Below, one piece after another: positions 60,632 to 64,000 of a stretch of 64,000 bases of DNA. Location of the stretch: the NCBI GenBank assembly GCA_019745315.1, contig JAIETH010000002.1, positions 32,654 to 96,653 of the forward strand, given 5' to 3'. A model generated the notes under the pieces. That model made no database searches, was not told the DNA's origin, and saw only the letters and a list, made by a program, of their open reading frames with translations. Positions within the stretch are counted from its first letter, which is position 1. Each line of letters opens with the position of its first letter. This DNA comes from Patescibacteria group bacterium. GTDB taxonomy: Bacteria; Patescibacteriota; Minisyncoccia; Phycocordibacterales; UBA918. The position numbers and the translations under genes were made by a program.

Positions 60632-61177
60632 TTATGCGCGCTTTACCTGAAGGAAATCAAGCTCAACTGGAGTTTCACGACCAAACATTGAAACCAGAAC
60701 CTTTACCTTGCCCCGCTCCTCATCAATTTCCCCAACCTTACCTTCAAGTTCACGGAATGGTCCGTCCACAATGGTTACAAGATCATGGATTGAAAGGTCA
60801 ACTTTGTGCTTAACAACTTCCGTCTGCATACGTCCCATAAGAGCATCGAGCTCATCTTTTTGAAGAGGTACTGGCTGCGTACCGCTTCCCACAAACCCTG
60901 TTACGCGAGGCGTGTTACGAACCACATACCATGACTCGTCATTTACCACCATGTCTACGAGAACATATCCCGGATATACTCGCTCTTCTTCAACGATACG
61001 CTTTCCTCCTTTCACGCGGATCTTTTTTTCTACAGGAACCAATACTTCAAAGATTTGATTCTGCATTCCCAAAGATTCAATGCGCTGCTTCAAGTTTCGA
61101 GCAACTGCATTTTCATATCCTGAGTACGTATGAATCGCGTACCAGTGTCGCTCATTATCACCGAGTTGTTTTGCCAT
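60632..61177 (-). CDS. nusG: Transcription factor NusG
   Basis: [26 protein letters not shown]. Confidence 0.98.
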   Translation of the reverse strand: MAKQLGDNERHWYAIHTYSGYENAVARNLKQRIESLGMQNQIFEVLVPVEKKIRVKGGKRIVEEERVYPGYVLVDMVVNDESWYVVRNTPRVTGFVGSGTQPVPLQKDELDALMGRMQTEVVKHKVDLSIHDLVTIVDGPFRELEGKVGEIDEERGKVKVLVSMFGRETPVELDFLQVKRA

Positions 61178-61189
61178 GATATATATTCG

Positions 61190-61372
61190 TTAGTTACTGA
61201 TAAACCAATCAAGTCCTCGAGAAAAAATAAAATCTGCAAAACCAAGAATCACCGCTACAACAAGAGAAAAAGCAACAATGAGCCCCGTAAATACGATCGC
61301 TTGACGCTGCGTTGGCCATGAGACATGGCGCATTTCTGCTTTTGTATCCCTCAAATATTCAACGAGACTCAT
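61190..61372 (-). CDS. secE: Preprotein translocase SecE
   Basis: EMRHVSWP plus TM; upstream of nusG. Confidence 0.93.
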   Translation of the reverse strand: MSLVEYLRDTKAEMRHVSWPTQRQAIVFTGLIVAFSLVVAVILGFADFIFSRGLDWFISN

Positions 61373-61538
61373 ACTGATATATGTTATGCGATTGTGTAAT
61401 ACAAAATCTTGCCAAAATTAAAACGCCCTGAGGGCGAATTTCTTATAGAGTACCAAGAAGAAACCAATCCGTCAAATACAGAAAAAACGCACATATGTGC
61501 GCTTTTTCTGTATTTGTACTCTTTATTTTTCTTTTGAT

Positions 61539-62327
61539 TTAGTGAATTTTGTATGTAAGTGACACAGAAGCACTAATCTTACTTTCCCCTGCACTCACCT
61601 GTGGAGCACTGTAGGCATCAGCCTTCATCATACCTCCCATGCCCATATTTGACTCATAGTATGATGACATTGGTTCGTTGTCATAGAATGACTGAAGATC
61701 TCCAAGGCGTACACCGAGACTCTTGGCAAGAACACGTGCTTTTTCCTTTGCGTCAGCAATTGCTTCAGCTTGTACTTGAGCCTTCGCCTCGTCAGTATCG
61801 TCAACGGTAAACGCAAGGCTGCTTACATTTGTTGCACCCTTTGATCCAACTCCTGCAATAAGCTCGCCCGCCTTTTCGAGCGCTCGCACCTTCACCGTAA
61901 CCGTTTCCTCTGCTGTGTAGCCTACAAGAACCTGGTTTTGATTTGTCGATGGATACATCATAGAGTCATACGGAGCCGCTGCTGCCCATTCGTACTTCGG
62001 CATCAAATTGTAATATGTTGTTTTGATGTCTTTTTCTTCAACTCCCATCTCCTTGAGATATGCCTTTACTGCATTACTTTTTTCTGCAGATTTTCCTTGT
62101 GCTGCAGTTGCGTCCTTCTCCTCAGCCATTACCGAGAAGGTGAACTCTGCAATATCTGGCTTTACAAACATTTCTGAAACTCCTACAACTGAAATAGTTT
62201 GATACTCAGCTGAGTCTCCTTGCTTGTATGCAAGGCGTGCATAGGCTACAAGCGCCACTATGGCAAAAACTAAAAACCCAAATACAAGAGCCTTGAATAC
62301 TTTATTTTGACCCCATTCTTGAAGCAT
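61539..62327 (-). CDS. SIMPL/DUF541 domain protein
   Basis: TISVVG…KPDIA, AIADAKEKA. Confidence 0.88.
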   Translation of the reverse strand: MLQEWGQNKVFKALVFGFLVFAIVALVAYARLAYKQGDSAEYQTISVVGVSEMFVKPDIAEFTFSVMAEEKDATAAQGKSAEKSNAVKAYLKEMGVEEKDIKTTYYNLMPKYEWAAAAPYDSMMYPSTNQNQVLVGYTAEETVTVKVRALEKAGELIAGVGSKGATNVSSLAFTVDDTDEAKAQVQAEAIADAKEKARVLAKSLGVRLGDLQSFYDNEPMSSYYESNMGMGGMMKADAYSAPQVSAGESKISASVSLTYKIH

Positions 62328-62389
62328 AACGTTAGTATATTTATCGCTAATAAGTACTTAAGTGTACCACCAGAGTTGTACAACACCAA

Positions 62390-63295
62390 TTACTCCCCAC
62401 AGACCCGATTATACTCGGCAATATCAAACGAAGAGAGAGCGAATCCTGAAAAAGCCCCTTCCATCACGTCGTGCATTATAGACGCAGCACCTTCAACATG
62501 ATCAAGAGAAAGTGCGTGCCCGAGTTCATGCGCTAAAACCTTTTTCAATTCGGTCATATCATCAAATTGATAAATAGAAATTGCATCTCCATGATATTCG
62601 CCTTGTGTAAACTCTCGCTCTGTCGCAAACATAGTGTTGTACCATGCAACATCTTTGTTATAGTCCTCGACAACTTGATTACCCTTAAAACTGAGCTCAT
62701 TTAACGCCTCGGTAAAATCATTTAATTTCTGAGCACGCTCATTAAGTTCTTTACTTTCACTCTCCAAAGCACGCTCACGGGACGCAAGATCTCTATATGC
62801 ATCCTCAGGAGCACCACCCTTGCTATTCCACTCAGAGACTTCTGCATTATATGCAGCAAGATTTTCTTCGTATCGTGCTACACGGGCTTCATATGAGGCC
62901 TTAAGATCCTCATACTCTTCCTGCATGCGTGCATATTTTGTATATATTTCTTCACTTATATTTTGCTTTGAATCAAGAACAGTTTGCGCCTCATGACTTT
63001 CATCAGTTACATCCTGTCGTTCATCGTAGACAAAATTTACTTTAAAGGGTGTGCCGGGTGTGTAGGTAAACAAATTTTTACCTGTTGCATCTTCCCATAG
63101 CGATTCCGCGGTAGACAGAGCATCTCGCACTTCATCTTTAGAAATATTGAAACGAGGATCTATATCACCTATGTCATAAAGCACAGGAACCCTGCACTTT
63201 GATTCAGCGAAACGATACCAATACACCCCTCCAAAAATGAGGGTCACACAGAGCACGTACAGAAAGACTTTACGCATACCATAATGATAGCGCAT
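62390..63295 (-). CDS. Matrixin-like Zn metalloprotease with coiled-coil insert
   Basis: HELGHALSLDH and SIM Met-turn; start may be 63277. Confidence 0.82.
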   Translation of the reverse strand: MRYHYGMRKVFLYVLCVTLIFGGVYWYRFAESKCRVPVLYDIGDIDPRFNISKDEVRDALSTAESLWEDATGKNLFTYTPGTPFKVNFVYDERQDVTDESHEAQTVLDSKQNISEEIYTKYARMQEEYEDLKASYEARVARYEENLAAYNAEVSEWNSKGGAPEDAYRDLASRERALESESKELNERAQKLNDFTEALNELSFKGNQVVEDYNKDVAWYNTMFATEREFTQGEYHGDAISIYQFDDMTELKKVLAHELGHALSLDHVEGAASIMHDVMEGAFSGFALSSFDIAEYNRVCGE

Positions 63296-63400
63296 AAATA
63301 GAAAGACTCACAAAATGGCTTTAAATAAAGCGGATTGAACGTGTCACAAAAGAAAAAACGAGCACAGAGTGCCCGTTTTTTCTTTTGTTGTGCTTACTTT

Positions 63401-64000
63401 TTACCACTGCAATGCTCCTCCTGTTTTGTATTCGGTTACGCGAGTTTCAAAGAAATTCTTTTCTTTCGGCATATCCATAATCTCACTCATCCATGGAAGT
63501 GGATTTTTTGTATTGTATTGACGAGGAAGACGGAGACGCTCAAGTCTACGGTCAGCAATATATTCTACATAGTCTTGTACTGTTCCCGCATTAAGTCCAA
63601 GAATACCGTTTGGTAGTGCGTCAGCCGCATATGCCTTCTCAAGCTCAACCGCTTTCTTGATGTTTTCAATAATCACATTCTGAAATTCAGGAGTCCATAT
63701 ATCTGGATTCTCATCAACAATTGCATTGATGAGATCGACACCAAACGCAAGGTGGACTGACTCATCACGCAATATGTACTGGAACTGCTCTCCTACCCCC
63801 ACCATCTTGTTGTGACGGAGCAGCGAAAGCATCATCACAAATCCTGCATAGAAGAAGATGCCTTCCATGATTGCATAGTATCCAATGAGATCATGCACAA
63901 ACTTCTGTGTGTTTTCTGTCCCTACAGTTGAGAAGTGAGGATCAAGAACTGATTTTGTAATGGAAACTACAAATTCATCTTTTGCCTTGATCGAAGGGAT
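63401..64000 (-). CDS. nrdB: Ribonucleotide reductase class I beta subunit (5' end outside the window)
   Basis: [27 protein letters not shown]. Confidence 0.93.
   Translation of the reverse strand: MPSIKAKDEFVVSITKSVLDPHFSTVGTENTQKFVHDLIGYYAIMEGIFFYAGFVMMLSLLRHNKMVGVGEQFQYILRDESVHLAFGVDLINAIVDENPDIWTPEFQNVIIENIKKAVELEKAYAADALPNGILGLNAGTVQDYVEYIADRRLERLRLPRQYNTKNPLPWMSEIMDMPKEKNFFETRVTEYKTGGALQW

Overview
Chromosomal segment of a Patescibacteria/CPR bacterium, probably Parcubacteria. This is inferred from the archaeal-type UMP kinase, alpha2 GlyRS, type-2 IleRS with an inserted phosphatase domain, VirB2-like pilin, 23S introns, unlinked rRNA genes, rplK without a neighbouring rplA, and a 16S tail lacking CCUCC. 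Housekeeping genes are mostly on the minus strand: secDF, folD, rodA, rplJL, ftsK, recA, efp, rpsF-ssb-rpsR, metG, glyS, recO, ileS, glyA, a thyA-HIT-deaminase-folA cluster, secE-nusG-rplK and a partial nrdB, plus a flavinylation module and an S-layer-like gene. No CRISPR array, integrase or transposase was seen. The unusual signals are non-coding. (1) The 16S rRNA lacks the canonical anti-Shine-Dalgarno, yet about seven stand-alone, visibly GC-richer gene cassettes carry strong SD sites and mostly TTGAC-type promoters. (2) Two of these cassettes sit behind matching leaderless leader-peptide attenuators, next to an unannotated ~218-nt GGA-rich RNA gene. (3) Small hairpin elements recur with duplicated or inverted gene ends at tRNA-Ile, a glycosyltransferase, 5S rRNA (a whole 5S gene nested inside a split copy), rplL and rplK. 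(4) A GTCTTTT repeat array overlies a wHTH gene next to ftsK. Everything was read by eye; no search or folding program was run.
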